Assembly: GCA_963801605.1 (NCBI GenBank)
Contig: CAWDFP010000011.1
Location: forward strand, 1-64,000
Reading direction: 5' to 3'
Source of the DNA: an uncultured candidate division Zixibacteria bacterium
Lineage (GTDB): Bacteria > Zixibacteria > MSB-5A5 > UBA10806
DNA length: 64,000 bases
Position numbers and translations under genes: made by a program. Position 1 is the stretch's first letter, and each line of letters begins with the position of its first letter. Below the pieces are notes generated by a model. It worked only from the letters and a program-made list of their open reading frames with translations. It was not told the origin of the DNA and searched no databases. Below are positions 63,922 to 64,000 of the stretch, in pieces.

Positions 63922-64000
63922 ACCAATTTAATAAAATATTTCTTTTGATTGTGAAATAGGCTTTTTCAACAATTACCAGTTAGTGCCCCTACACAATCAT

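Overview
A 64-kb bacterial chromosomal window. The Cys-rich dockerin-like tags and the gene order suggest an FCB-group lineage such as candidate Zixibacteria; this is inference. Most of it is housekeeping: M16 pair-NUDIX-ruvX-mltG; yggS-divIVA-PNP-ileS-dksA-lspA-rluA; glmM-glmS; tRNA-Ala(CGC)-ffs-dnaX-ybaB-recR. At least ten genes are broken by single-base +1 insertions, most likely long-read assembly errors rather than biology. No CRISPR array, transposase, integrase or prophage was seen. Highlights: (1) an 82-aa six-Cys dockerin-like module shared at 60/82 identity by a secreted multiheme cytochrome and by a small partner of a secreted tail-fibre-like/S74 protein; (2) a 526-bp microhomology-bounded tandem duplication that creates a membrane-protein/TadA chimera, with almost only synonymous differences between copies; (3) an AT-rich EACC1-like plus HExxH peptidase pair resembling a conflict system; (4) a leader-peptide attenuator upstream of rsgA; (5) two unassigned structured RNA candidates; (6) an ArfA-like 36-aa ORF missed by the ORF track; (7) several REP-like palindrome families, including a 121-bp x3.5 tandem array.
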